Shown here piece by piece: positions 26,301 through 35,716 of a DNA stretch of 64,000 nucleotides. The translations under genes and the position numbers were made by a program. The DNA comes from Prevotella sp. (GTDB lineage Bacteria > Bacteroidota > Bacteroidia > Bacteroidales > Bacteroidaceae): positions 113,880 through 177,879 of the forward strand of contig JAEEXI010000002.1 in the NCBI GenBank assembly GCA_016291495.1, read 5' to 3'. The first letter of the stretch is position 1, and the number at the start of each line of letters is the position of its first letter. The notes beneath the pieces are model-generated. The model ran no database searches. It was not told where the DNA came from and saw only the letters and a program-made list of their open reading frames with translations.

Positions 26301-26553
26301 TTGGCCCAGTGACCCCGATCAACACCCGCAGGCACTTAGTTTGTTGCATGAGCACAAGATAGATATGGTAGTGAATATTCCTAAGAATCTTACCACACAT
26401 GAATTGACAAATGGTTATAAGATTCGTCGAGCAGCCATAGACTTAAATGTTCCTTTGATAACCAATAGTCGACTCGCTTCTGCATTTATTCAGGCTTTCT
26501 GTACGGTCAGATTAGACGAGATAGGTATCAAATCGTGGAAAGAGTATCGGTAA
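23323..26553 (+). CDS. carB: Carbamoyl-phosphate synthase large subunit (copy 1)
   Basis: GSGALKIGEAGEFDYSGSQA, NPETVSTDYD, GVHSGDA, MGS domain. Confidence 0.98.
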   Translation: MKYENIKKVLLLGSGALKIGEAGEFDYSGSQALKALREEGVKTILINPNIATVQTSEGVADEVYFLPVQPYFVERVIEKERPDGILLSFGGQTALNCGVELYKSGVLEKYHVKVLGTPVQAIMDTEDRELFVEKLNEIDVKTIKSEACETIEQARQAAKDLGYPVIIRAAYALGGLGSGFCDNEEELNKLAEKAFSFSPQVLVEKSLKGWKEIEYEVVRDRYDNCITVCNMENFDPLGIHTGESIVVAPSQTLTNSEYHKLRALAIKIIRHIGIVGECNVQYAFDPQSEDYRVIEVNARLSRSSALASKATGYPLAFVAAKLGMGYGLFELKNSVTKTTSAFFEPALDYVVCKIPRWDLSKFHGVDKELGSSMKSVGEVMAIGRTFEEAIQKGLRMIGQGMHGFVENKELSIADVDAALREPTDKRIFVISKAMHLPQYDIERIHELTKIDKWFLYKLKHIIDIDEALKKTHKDALTEDLLRTAKEYGFTDFQIARAIGMEDEKGNMHKAMLEVRRIRKEMGILPVVKQIDTLAAEYPAQTNYLYVTYKGTDSDIPFEKDGKTIIVLGSGAYRIGSSVEFDWCGVQALNTIRKEGWRSVMINYNPETVSTDYDMCDRLYFDELTFERVMDIIDMEQPHGVIVSTGGQIPNNLAMALDEQHVSILGTSAQDIDGAEDRAKFSQMLNEIGVNQPEWSALTSMQDIDAFVERVGFPVLVRPSYVLSGAAMNVCSNKEELERFLQLAANVSEDHPVVVSKFIENAKEIEMDAVAKDGEILAYAISEHIEFAGVHSGDATIQFPPQKLYVETVRRIKRISRQIAKALHINGPFNIQFMARDNDILVIECNLRASRSFPFVSKVLKLNMIELATKVMLGLPVEKPHKNLFDLDYVGIKASQFSFNRLQKADPVLGVDMASTGEVGCLGDNTSTALLKSMLSVGHRIPKKTVLLSTGSAKQKAEMLDAARMLVEHGYELYATGGTSKYLEDNGVQNTLVHWPSDPDQHPQALSLLHEHKIDMVVNIPKNLTTHELTNGYKIRRAAIDLNVPLITNSRLASAFIQAFCTVRLDEIGIKSWKEYR

Positions 26554-26561
26554 ATAATTTG

Positions 26562-26600
26562 GCAAATATTTGGCGATTCGCCAAATATTTGCTACTTTTG
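26562..26600 (+). promoter_or_regulatory. Promoter TTTG-20-TACTTTTG overlapped by a perfect 15-bp inverted repeat
   Basis: GCAAATATTTGGCGA-T-TCGCCAAATATTTGC directly followed by TACTTTTG. Confidence 0.75.
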
Positions 26601-26630
26601 CAGATAAATAACTAATGAACTGCAAATAAA

Positions 26631-27779
26631 ATGGAATTTGGCGATACCTTTGAATCTAAGATAAACCGAAGTGACTACAAAATACTTATCGTGGATGATG
26701 TGGTGAGCAACGTCTTGTTGCTTAAGATATTGCTGACTAATGAGAAATTCCAGGTGTGTACGGCTTCCAATGGAAACACATGCATAGAACAAGCAAAAAA
26801 GGAACATCCGGATTTAATCCTTCTGGATGTGATGATGCCGGACATTAGTGGCTTTGATACTGCTGTCATTTTGAAAAAGGATCCGGAAACGCTTGATATT
26901 CCTATCATTTTCCTGACAGCTCTGAATAATCCTAGTGATTTGGTACATGGTTTCCAGGTTGGTGCCAACGATTTCCTGACAAAGCCTTTTAATAAAGAAG
27001 AGTTGGTGATGCGTGTGATGCACCAGATTAGTCTGGTTGCTGCTAAGCGTATTATCGTTAGGCAGAACGAGGAGTTGAAGAGAACTATCTCTAACCGAGA
27101 CAAGATGTACTCGGTAATAGCTCATGACTTGCGTTCACCGATGGCTTCCATTCGTATGGTGTTGAACCTTGCCGTGAATGTGGTTTCGCCAGAAACAGTA
27201 GGAGAGGAGATTTTCGGACTACTTGATAAGGCTAATCGGGAATCGGAGGAAACACATGATTTGTTGGATAACCTGTTGAAATGGACGAAGAGTCAGACAG
27301 GACGACTGAATGTGGTATATCAGGATATTGATTTGGATGACATTGTCCCAGGTGTAGTAGATATCTTTATGATGATTGCAGAAATGAAGAAAATCAAACT
27401 GCAGTTCCTGCCTGGTGATGAGAAACTAATAGTACATGCTGATAATGATATGATTAAGACCATTATCAGGAACTTTATCTCTAATGCAATCAAATTTACT
27501 CCTGAAGACAAAGGAATCGAGGTCTTTTATAAGCGTGAAGGCGATTTTGCCAAAATCAGTGTTCGTGACCATGGCGTAGGTATTGCAGAAGACCGTTTGG
27601 ATACGATTTTCCATAAAGGAGAGACAACATATGGTACAGGTGGCGAGGAAGGTTCTGGACTTGGTCTTCAGCTCTGTCAGGATTTTGCGCGTAAGAACGG
27701 AGGTGATGCGATGGTTGAATCTGTATTGGGAGAAGGTTCCACTTTCAGCGTTTTGATACCATTAAAGAAAGACGAATAA
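26631..27779 (+). CDS. Hybrid response regulator/histidine kinase (REC-HisKA-HATPase)
   Basis: ILIVDD, LLDVMMP, AHDLRSP, NAIKF, DHGVGI, GSGLGL. Confidence 0.93.
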   Translation: MEFGDTFESKINRSDYKILIVDDVVSNVLLLKILLTNEKFQVCTASNGNTCIEQAKKEHPDLILLDVMMPDISGFDTAVILKKDPETLDIPIIFLTALNNPSDLVHGFQVGANDFLTKPFNKEELVMRVMHQISLVAAKRIIVRQNEELKRTISNRDKMYSVIAHDLRSPMASIRMVLNLAVNVVSPETVGEEIFGLLDKANRESEETHDLLDNLLKWTKSQTGRLNVVYQDIDLDDIVPGVVDIFMMIAEMKKIKLQFLPGDEKLIVHADNDMIKTIIRNFISNAIKFTPEDKGIEVFYKREGDFAKISVRDHGVGIAEDRLDTIFHKGETTYGTGGEEGSGLGLQLCQDFARKNGGDAMVESVLGEGSTFSVLIPLKKDE

Positions 27780-27794
27780 AATTCATAAATTATA

Positions 27795-28832
27795 ATGAAA
27801 CAGACTATACTTGTTACGGGTGGAACAGGTTTCATAGGAAGCCATACTACCGTAGAATTACAGAATGCCGGTTATAAAGTAGTTATCATTGATAATCTTT
27901 CGAATTCCAATGAGAACGTTGTCGATGGTATTGAGAAAATAACAGGTATTCGTCCTGCTTTTGAAAAAGTAGACTGTTGCGATATGGAAGCTATGGATGG
28001 CGTTTTTAGGAAATATCCTGATATCGAAGGCGTTATTCATTTTGCCGCTTCCAAGGCTGTAGGTGAAAGTGTGGAAAAACCATTGCTTTATTATCGGAAT
28101 AATATCGTTAGCTTGGTAAACCTGTTGGAGTTAATGCCCAAATATGGTGTAAAGGGTATCATCTTCTCGTCCAGTTGTACGGTATATGGTCAGCCAGATC
28201 CGGAGAATCTTCCTGTAACGGAGGATGCTCCAGTGAAACCAGCAGAGAGCCCATATGGTAATACTAAGCAAATCAATGAGGAGATTATTCGTGACGACAT
28301 CAATAGTGGAGCTCCGATTAAAGCTATACTGTTGCGTTATTTTAATCCGATAGGTTCTCATCCTTCTGCTATTATCGGTGAGTTGCCTAATGGGGTTCCG
28401 ATGAACTTGATTCCTTATGTCACACAGACTGCTATGGGTATAAGGGAACAGCTAAAGGTGTTTGGCAATGATTATAATACTCCTGACGGTACCTGTATCC
28501 GTGATTATATTTATGTGGTTGATTTGGCTAAGGCCCATGTAAAGGCCATGGGGCGTGTTCTTGATACTGATAGTGATAAGTTGGAAGTATTTAATGTGGG
28601 AACGGGACATGGCTGTACTACTAAAGAAATCGTGGATGCTTTCCAAAAAGCAACGGGTGTGAAACTTAATTGGACATTTGCTCCCCGTCGTGCTGGTGAT
28701 ATTGAAAAGGTTTGGGCAAATCCTGAAAAAGCAAATAAGGTACTTGGATGGAAAGCTGAAACATCTCTCGAAGATACACTAAAGAGTGCCTGGAACTGGC
28801 AGAAGAAATTACGCGAGGAAGGTATTCAATAG
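27795..28832 (+). CDS. galE: UDP-glucose 4-epimerase
   Basis: TGGTGFIGSHT, HFAASKAVGES, YGNTK, LRYFNP, GTCIRDYI. Confidence 0.97.
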   Translation: MKQTILVTGGTGFIGSHTTVELQNAGYKVVIIDNLSNSNENVVDGIEKITGIRPAFEKVDCCDMEAMDGVFRKYPDIEGVIHFAASKAVGESVEKPLLYYRNNIVSLVNLLELMPKYGVKGIIFSSSCTVYGQPDPENLPVTEDAPVKPAESPYGNTKQINEEIIRDDINSGAPIKAILLRYFNPIGSHPSAIIGELPNGVPMNLIPYVTQTAMGIREQLKVFGNDYNTPDGTCIRDYIYVVDLAKAHVKAMGRVLDTDSDKLEVFNVGTGHGCTTKEIVDAFQKATGVKLNWTFAPRRAGDIEKVWANPEKANKVLGWKAETSLEDTLKSAWNWQKKLREEGIQ

Positions 28833-28884
28833 TAGAACGTATAACCAGTCATTATTGACTGAGTTATTTTGTGTTTGTGTTGTT

Positions 28885-28914
28885 ATGAGCCCCCGATGCG
28901 AATCGAGGGCTCAT
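28885..28914. other. Intergenic hairpin
   Basis: ATGAGCCC(C)CGAT/ATCG(A)GGGCTCAT; no clear U-tract. Confidence 0.45.
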
Positions 28915-28935
28915 TCTATCAAAATGATGACGATG

Positions 28936-31224
28936 ATGAATGAAAATCTCTTAGAGCAACTGAATGACGGTCAGCGTGAAGCTGTTGTTTATTGTGACGG
29001 ACCGCAACTGGTGATAGCTGGTGCTGGTTCGGGTAAAACTCGTGTGCTGACTTATAAAATAGCCTATTTATTACAACAGGGAATTAATCCATGGAATATT
29101 CTTGCACTGACCTTTACAAATAAAGCTGCAAGAGAAATGAAGGAGCGTATTGGTCGTCTGGTGGGGGCGGAACGTGCCCGTTATCTTCAGATGGGTACAT
29201 TTCATTCTGTATTTGCACGACTATTAAGAATTGAGGGACAGTTATTAGGTTTTCAATCTAATTTCACCATTTATGATCAAAGTGATTCGCGTTCTTTGGT
29301 GAAAAGTATCATTAAAGAGATGCGGTTGGACGATAAAGTCTACAAGCCTGCCGGAGTCGCTGACCGTATATCAATGGCGAAGAATCATCTGTTGCTTCCT
29401 CAGGCATATGCACAGAGTGCTTGGGCTAGAGATGATGTTCAACGTAAGTGCCCATCAGTGAAGGATATCTATATAAGGTATAGCGAGCGCTGTAAACAGG
29501 CAAATGCGATGGACTTTGACGATTTGTTAGTGTATACATATATATTGTTGAAGAATTATAAGGAAGTCAGGCAGAAATATATTGATAGTTTCAAGTATGT
29601 TTTGGTAGATGAGTATCAGGATACGAACTATGCTCAACAAGAAATAGTACTTTTACTCACAAAAGAGCACGGACATGTATGTGTGGTTGGTGATGATGCA
29701 CAAAGTATATATAGTTTCCGTGGTGCGAATGTTGATAATATTTTGAATTTCCAAAAGGAATATGATGGAGCAAGACTCTTTAAGCTGGAACAGAATTATC
29801 GTTCAACCCAATTGATAGTCAAAGCTGCAAATAGCTTGATTCGCCATAATGAGCGCCAAATACCAAAGGATGTGTTCAGTGAGAAAGAGCATGGGGAAAA
29901 ACTCACGTTGAAACCAGGATATAGTGATAAGGAGGAGGCAATCATTGTATGTAATGATATTCAACGCATCAAACGAAAAGACAATTGTCGATATAGTGAT
30001 TTTGCGATATTGTATCGTACTAATTCACAGAGTCGTTCGTTTGAGGAACAGATGCGAAAAGATGGTATTCCATATCGTATATATGGAGGTATGAGCTTCT
30101 ACCAACGAAAGGAGATTAAGGATGTAATAGCATACTTCCGTGTGGTGTCAAACCCCAATGATGAGGAGGCTTTACGTCGTATTATTAACTATCCTTCAAG
30201 AGGCATTGGTGATACGACTGTTGCCAAAATTGTAGAAATTGCCAATACTCATGGGGTGGGGTTGTGGACTGTCATTAGTCAGCCAATGCTCTTCCATCTT
30301 AATGTTTCGAAGGGAACAGAAACAAAGCTAGAAGCCTTTCGTCAATTAATAGAAGGGTGGATGGGACGTCTTGATAAAGAAGATGCCTATGAACTAGGTC
30401 ATGCTATCATTATGGAAAGTGGTATTAGTCGTGATATCTATAGTTCAAATAATCCGGAAGACTTGTCACGTCAGGAAAATCTAGAAGAGTTTTTGGGGGG
30501 AATGCAGGATTTTGTGGAAAGCCGGAAAGAGGAGGATATGGGAGAAATGATTTCCCTAGGAGATTTCTTGCAGGAAGTTGCGTTATTGACAGATCTTGAC
30601 AGTGATAATGGGGAGGAAAATGACAAGGTAACGTTAATGACGATTCATAGTGCAAAAGGTCTGGAGTTCCCTACAGTCTTTATTGTCGGGTTGGAAGAGA
30701 ATATTTTCCCTTCTCCAATGTGTACCAATTCTATGCGTGATTTAGAGGAGGAACGTCGTTTGTTATATGTCGCAATTACTCGGGCAGAGAGAAGATGTAT
30801 ATTGACATGTGCACAGAATCGTTGGCGCTATGGTAGAATGGAGTATGATACACCTTCTCGTTTTATCAAGGACATTGATCCTGGTTTACTTCATGTGGAG
30901 TCGGGGAGAGGAGGTTATGAATCCTTAAAGATACAAAGTCGTCCTGTTTCGCGGATGCAGAACTCCAGACCTGTGGCAACGCAGTTTATGGCAGACCCCA
31001 AACCTCGTCTTATTCCTGTACGACACGAATCTCCTTTACCGCAATCAGCAATAGGTAATATTGGCCTGAAAGAAGGTAATGTGATTGAGCATCAGCGTTT
31101 CGGAATTGGAACGGTTATTAAAGTAGAAGGGAATGGTGAAAACCAGAAAGCGACTGTCGTATTTAAGAATGCAGGAACTAAACAGTTGCTATTGAAGTTT
31201 GCCAAGTATACAATTGTAAAATAA
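28936..31224 (+). CDS. uvrD: ATP-dependent DNA helicase, UvrD/PcrA family
   Basis: AGAGSGKT, LTFTNKAA, VDEYQD, GDDAQSIY, NYRS, HSAKGLEF, EERRLLYVAITRA; start approximate. Confidence 0.95.
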   Translation: MNENLLEQLNDGQREAVVYCDGPQLVIAGAGSGKTRVLTYKIAYLLQQGINPWNILALTFTNKAAREMKERIGRLVGAERARYLQMGTFHSVFARLLRIEGQLLGFQSNFTIYDQSDSRSLVKSIIKEMRLDDKVYKPAGVADRISMAKNHLLLPQAYAQSAWARDDVQRKCPSVKDIYIRYSERCKQANAMDFDDLLVYTYILLKNYKEVRQKYIDSFKYVLVDEYQDTNYAQQEIVLLLTKEHGHVCVVGDDAQSIYSFRGANVDNILNFQKEYDGARLFKLEQNYRSTQLIVKAANSLIRHNERQIPKDVFSEKEHGEKLTLKPGYSDKEEAIIVCNDIQRIKRKDNCRYSDFAILYRTNSQSRSFEEQMRKDGIPYRIYGGMSFYQRKEIKDVIAYFRVVSNPNDEEALRRIINYPSRGIGDTTVAKIVEIANTHGVGLWTVISQPMLFHLNVSKGTETKLEAFRQLIEGWMGRLDKEDAYELGHAIIMESGISRDIYSSNNPEDLSRQENLEEFLGGMQDFVESRKEEDMGEMISLGDFLQEVALLTDLDSDNGEENDKVTLMTIHSAKGLEFPTVFIVGLEENIFPSPMCTNSMRDLEEERRLLYVAITRAERRCILTCAQNRWRYGRMEYDTPSRFIKDIDPGLLHVESGRGGYESLKIQSRPVSRMQNSRPVATQFMADPKPRLIPVRHESPLPQSAIGNIGLKEGNVIEHQRFGIGTVIKVEGNGENQKATVVFKNAGTKQLLLKFAKYTIVK

Positions 31225-31234
31225 GGGAGATTAA

Positions 31235-31273
31235 AGAGCATCATCTTCCGGTCGTTCTGGAAGACGATGCTTT
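31235..31273. terminator. Terminator between convergent genes
   Basis: AGCATCATCTTCC / GGAAGACGATGCT stem. Confidence 0.65.
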
Positions 31274-31362
31274 ATGGGTAAATGTTTCTTTTTTCGTAGA
31301 TAGGCTTTTTTCCGGATTTCGTATTCTTCGTAATGCCTTTCTAGAAAATTGTCTGCCATATT

Positions 31363-32835
31363 TTATCTACTCTTGTTATATATCACGCTTATCCTAATAG
31401 GATCATGTTGATTATTAGGTCCTCCAACTAAACGTGAACTGGTAATAGACATTTCATTATTTACAGCACTAATAGAAGAAGATGTAGAATAATATGATGT
31501 AGATGTCGTCGTCGTAGTCTTTACAGGAATGAGGACTACTTTATTCCAATTAGGATGCTCAATCGTATAGTTAGCTCCACCTTCTTTCTTCTTCAAATAC
31601 ATGTAGTTGATTAATGCAGAAATATTTCCGAATGTGTATGAGTTGTAGGAAGTACTCAAGTTTGCTAAATAAGACGTTACATTGTCTGGGAGTTTATGGC
31701 GCTCAAAGAAATTAATAACGCTGTCTCTTTCAACCATCAACAGCGTAGATGGGTCTTTCAGTAACTCTCCAGCCAATTCTGTTTTGTCATTCATCTTATG
31801 GAATATCACTTTTGCAGAGGTGATTGTGTCATTCTCGTGGCCCATTTTAATCTCATCAACAGGAAGTGTTACTTCTGTATAGATTCCTGCTGGTGTTTTC
31901 AGATATGTCCACTCTGTTTCTTTTGCCATCTCTTCGATTCGATTTTTATCATTGCTGATATGGGTAGTTTGTAAAACTTCCTCAGTACTGTAAAATACGG
32001 AATTGTCAAGATAGAGCACATTGTCTTTCATGAACCGATAATAAACAGCAAGGCGTGTCGTTGATATTTCTGCCATAACTCCAACACCGTCAGTTGTCTT
32101 AAAATAGAAGCCTGGGCAGACATTCTTAGTAAAGGTGTATGAGTTCTTGAAATATTCAGGATGCTCATAATATGTACGCATTAAGTATGTTCCATAATTG
32201 TCATACACTTTATTATTCTTGTCTTTATATGGCATATCCAATAAAACCCTGACAGACAGGTTAGATTTATTTGCATTTCTTACGCTGTCGTTTTGTTGCA
32301 TATCGGTGACACTATAGACGATGTTATGCTGAAGTCCGTCGGCTCTAATATAACCTTCTGCCTCGGGATCAAAATCCGTATAGTATAATTTACCTTCCTC
32401 TATTGGCCTGTCTAACTCATACATAGTCATTTTCATAGTAGCCAAAGAGTCTCCCGTGAAATTGTTCAGTATGATAGAAAGAGCACATGAATCGGCAACA
32501 ACTTCACCGTCTTTAATACTAACTACATCCTCTTTGGGATAGAAAATGCTGTCAACGGCGTTTTCCAATGTAGCAAATTGTGTCATATAGTCTGAAGTGA
32601 TATAGGCACTGGTCTCGGGATCTTTAATACGCCCCAGATAACTATATATACTTTGTGAAAGAACTGCATCAACGGCTATGGAACGTGATGTTACATCAAA
32701 AGTGTCTGGAACAATGGCAAACAGGTCTACATTACTTGTGAGGGATTTGCCGATTCCTGCGGTATCTTCATCACATGAAGAGATTGTAAACATCAAAGAA
32801 GTTACAATCCCTGTCAGTAGCATTTTTCTCATCAT
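31363..32835 (-). CDS. DUF4270 family lipoprotein
   Basis: Lipobox ISSC; YLKTPAG motif; usual synteny with the glycogen-synthase-like gene. Confidence 0.8.
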   Translation of the reverse strand: MMRKMLLTGIVTSLMFTISSCDEDTAGIGKSLTSNVDLFAIVPDTFDVTSRSIAVDAVLSQSIYSYLGRIKDPETSAYITSDYMTQFATLENAVDSIFYPKEDVVSIKDGEVVADSCALSIILNNFTGDSLATMKMTMYELDRPIEEGKLYYTDFDPEAEGYIRADGLQHNIVYSVTDMQQNDSVRNANKSNLSVRVLLDMPYKDKNNKVYDNYGTYLMRTYYEHPEYFKNSYTFTKNVCPGFYFKTTDGVGVMAEISTTRLAVYYRFMKDNVLYLDNSVFYSTEEVLQTTHISNDKNRIEEMAKETEWTYLKTPAGIYTEVTLPVDEIKMGHENDTITSAKVIFHKMNDKTELAGELLKDPSTLLMVERDSVINFFERHKLPDNVTSYLANLSTSYNSYTFGNISALINYMYLKKKEGGANYTIEHPNWNKVVLIPVKTTTTTSTSYYSTSSSISAVNNEMSITSSRLVGGPNNQHDPIRISVIYNKSR

Positions 32836-32872
32836 TGAAGTCTTTGAATCTTAATGATTATTATCCTATATA

Positions 32873-33679
32873 TTATTCTTTACAAATCTGGTTATAGAAA
32901 GTCTCATATGCGGAACCGAATTCCTCACCGGGATAATCTAAAACGGGAATATTGTTCGTTTTTGCATATTTCAGCAAATCTTCATTTATATCTTTATGGG
33001 CGGCAATTACACCATCGCTATAGTCTATAGCAAGTTTTCCTAACTCTTCAAAATCAAAACTGTCGTTATATTTTTTCAACAAATCGGCTTTTGCTTCTCG
33101 GAACTCTATGCATTGTTTGAAATTTGCGCTGAGTACAGAGTTAAGACTTCTGGGGAAGAGTGAAGTGATGACCTTAGTGTTAGCAAAAGAAGGCTCTTCA
33201 TGGTAGGCTGTCTTTATGTATAGAGGAACAACAGCTCCCATCCATCCTTGAACGTGAATGATATCTGGTACCCAACGTAATTTTTTTACGGTTTCCAATA
33301 CGCCACGTGCAAAGAATATTGCACGTTCTCCGTTGTCAGAATAGTCTTCTCCTTTTTCATCAACAGTCATCTGCCGTTTGGAGAAATAGTCATCATTGTC
33401 GATAAAATACACCTGAATACGGGTTTGGGCAATGGATGCAACCTTGATAATCAAAGGATGATCCGTATCGTCGATGATTAAGTTCATTCCTGAGAGACGA
33501 ATCACCTCATGTAATTGTCCACGTCGTTCGTTGATTGTTCCCCATTTGGGCATAAATGTACGAATTTCGTGGCCGTTCTCCTGCATGACTTGTGGGAGAG
33601 CCTTACCCATCAGTGAGAGTTCACTGTCAGGTACATAAGGAACGATTTCTTGGTTTATGAACAGAATCTTCTTTGCCAT
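32873..33679 (-). CDS. Glycogen/starch synthase N-terminal domain protein (Glyco_transf_5)
   Basis: EIRTFMPKWG, HEVIRLSGMN, IFFARGVLE, DIIHVQGW. Confidence 0.88.
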   Translation of the reverse strand: MAKKILFINQEIVPYVPDSELSLMGKALPQVMQENGHEIRTFMPKWGTINERRGQLHEVIRLSGMNLIIDDTDHPLIIKVASIAQTRIQVYFIDNDDYFSKRQMTVDEKGEDYSDNGERAIFFARGVLETVKKLRWVPDIIHVQGWMGAVVPLYIKTAYHEEPSFANTKVITSLFPRSLNSVLSANFKQCIEFREAKADLLKKYNDSFDFEELGKLAIDYSDGVIAAHKDINEDLLKYAKTNNIPVLDYPGEEFGSAYETFYNQICKE

Positions 33680-33699
33680 ATCGATATGTTTTACCTGTG

Positions 33700-33707
33700 C
33701 AAAGGTA
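33700..33707 (-). promoter_or_regulatory. -7 box
   Basis: TACCTTTG on the minus strand upstream of 33679. Confidence 0.65.
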
Positions 33708-33851
33708 CGAAAAATAATTCACAAAACCGCAGAATCGTGCACATTTAAGGATTTTTAGTCACGAATTTGGCATATTTTTACGATATTTTTTCCTTATTTG
33801 ATAAAAATGTTGTTATTTTGCACCCGATTTGTATATACGAACCAAAGAAAG

Positions 33852-34706
33852 ATGAAAGTATTCAATAAGATTGTGGATCTTCAGAATCAACTTTTTGAAG
33901 ACCGCAAGCAAGGAAAAGAAATAGGTCTTGTACCTACTATGGGCGCACTGCATGAAGGACATGCCTCTTTGGTGAGACGTAGTGTGGCAGAAAATGGGAT
34001 AACGGTCGTGTCGGTATTTGTCAATCCGACACAGTTTAACGACAAAAATGACTTGAAGAACTATCCTCGTACACTGGATGCAGATTGTGAGTTGCTGGAC
34101 CAGTGTGGTGCAGACTACGTGTTGGCTCCCAGTGTGGAGGAGATGTATCCAACACCAGACACCCGTCAGTTTGAATATCCTCCCGTGTCAACTGTTATGG
34201 AGGGTGCACATCGTCCGGGACATTTCAATGGTGTCTGTCAAGTTGTAAGCCGATTGTTCTATATTGTGAAACCCACTCGTGCTTATTTTGGTGAGAAAGA
34301 CTGGCAACAGATTGCTGTCGTGAAGGCAATGGTACGCCATCTGGGTATCCCTGTTCAGATTGTGGAGTGCGACATCGTTCGTGACAAGGACGGACTGGCC
34401 AAGAGTTCACGTAATACGTTGTTGGCACCAGAGGAAAGAGCTATTGCTCCGACTATCTATAAAGCATTAAGTGGAAGTCTGAAATATGCTAAGAATCATA
34501 CGGTTAAGGAGACGCATGATAAAGTCGTAAAAGACATTAACAATGTGGATGGACTGGATGTGGAATACTTCTCCATTGTTGATGGAAACACTTTGCAAGA
34601 TATAGACAACTGGGAAGATTCTCCGTATGTCGTGGGATGTATTACTGTCTATTGCGGTAAGACTCCGATACGTTTAATAGATCATATCAAATACAAAGAG
34701 GCATGA
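33852..34706 (+). CDS. panC: Pantoate--beta-alanine ligase
   Basis: [46 protein letters not shown]. Confidence 0.97.
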   Translation: MKVFNKIVDLQNQLFEDRKQGKEIGLVPTMGALHEGHASLVRRSVAENGITVVSVFVNPTQFNDKNDLKNYPRTLDADCELLDQCGADYVLAPSVEEMYPTPDTRQFEYPPVSTVMEGAHRPGHFNGVCQVVSRLFYIVKPTRAYFGEKDWQQIAVVKAMVRHLGIPVQIVECDIVRDKDGLAKSSRNTLLAPEERAIAPTIYKALSGSLKYAKNHTVKETHDKVVKDINNVDGLDVEYFSIVDGNTLQDIDNWEDSPYVVGCITVYCGKTPIRLIDHIKYKEA

Positions 34707-35047
34707 TGATAGAAGTTCTGAAGTCGAAAATCCATTGTGTGACTGTAACGGAAGCCAACCTTAACTATATGGGTAGCATTACCATCGACGAGGACTTGAT
34801 GGATGCTGCCAATCTGATAGCTGGTGAGAAGGTTCAGGTTTTGGATAACAATAACGGTGAGCGTTTTGAGACTTATATTATCAAAGGAGAACGCGGTAGC
34901 GGATGTATCTGTCTGAATGGTGCTGCAGCCCGTAGAGTACAGGTTGGTGATGTCATTATCATCATATCTTATGCTATGATGGATTTTGAAGAGGCGAAAC
35001 AGTTCAAGCCTCGCGTGCTGTTTCCGAAAGAAGGTAATAAGCTATAA
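34703..35047 (+). CDS. panD: Aspartate 1-decarboxylase
   Basis: [27 protein letters not shown]. Confidence 0.97.
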   Translation: MMIEVLKSKIHCVTVTEANLNYMGSITIDEDLMDAANLIAGEKVQVLDNNNGERFETYIIKGERGSGCICLNGAAARRVQVGDVIIIISYAMMDFEEAKQFKPRVLFPKEGNKL

Positions 35048-35053
35048 TATAAC

Positions 35054-35085
35054 AAATAAGCCGCTCAACAAAGAGCGGCTTATTT
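35054..35085. terminator. Bidirectional terminator
   Basis: Perfect 13-bp stem AAATAAGCCGCTC/GAGCGGCTTATTT. Confidence 0.85.
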
Positions 35086-35104
35086 ATTGCTGTTAGCTAT
35101 TAGC

Positions 35105-35539
35105 TTATTCTATAACGACCAGTGCATCGTCTTCCATGACGGTCTGTCCGGGTTTTACACAGATAGCGGTAATTTTACCAGCCTTCTCTGCCTCGATATT
35201 GTTGGCCATCTTCATAGCTTCCAATACGAGAACGGTATCGCCAGCATTCACCTCGTCGCCAACATTGACGCAAATCTCTGTGATGACACCAGGCAGAGGA
35301 GCCTTGATAGCATTATTCGTATTGATATTGGCAGAAGCCTCGGAGCTCTCGGAACTTTCTGCGCTTTCTGCTGCAGCAGGTTTGCGCACCACTACTTTCT
35401 TCTCCTCTACAGGCTCTGGTTCCATTTCCACTTTGTACTCCTCGCCATTCACGGTGACGGTCGCTGTGTTTTCTGCGATATCGCCAATAGTAACCTCATA
35501 TTGGTTACCATTAATGGTATATTTATATTCCTTTTTCAT
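35105..35539 (-). CDS. Biotin carboxyl carrier protein (MmdC-like)
   Basis: APLPG...LEAMKMAN biotinylation motif. Confidence 0.93.
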   Translation of the reverse strand: MKKEYKYTINGNQYEVTIGDIAENTATVTVNGEEYKVEMEPEPVEEKKVVVRKPAAAESAESSESSEASANINTNNAIKAPLPGVITEICVNVGDEVNAGDTVLVLEAMKMANNIEAEKAGKITAICVKPGQTVMEDDALVVIE

Positions 35540-35551
35540 ATAAGTTCATTT

Positions 35552-35701
35552 TTATGGATGTTCTGTCATTGTCTGGGCATAGCCGTTCCACTGCGTCTGT
35601 TTCTCCTGAATCGTGATGATGCCAGGTTCTTTGTCGTGGACGTTATTGCCCTTGAACTCGTAAAGTGCCATAGCGATGGCTGCATATACTTCGTTCTTCA
35701 T
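35552..35701 (-). CDS. 49-aa OadG/MmdD C-terminal-like peptide (below the ORF-track cutoff)
   Basis: MKNEVYAAIAMALYEFKGNNVHDKEPGIITIQEKQTQWNGYAQTMTEHP; sits between mmdA and the biotin carrier. Confidence 0.75.
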   Translation of the reverse strand: MKNEVYAAIAMALYEFKGNNVHDKEPGIITIQEKQTQWNGYAQTMTEHP

Positions 35702-35716
35702 AAGCATTACTTTATA

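Noticed and set aside
32873-33679. Truncated glycogen synthase pseudogene
   Set aside because: A stand-alone Glyco_transf_5 gene next to DUF4270 is a common Bacteroidota arrangement, and the ORF is intact
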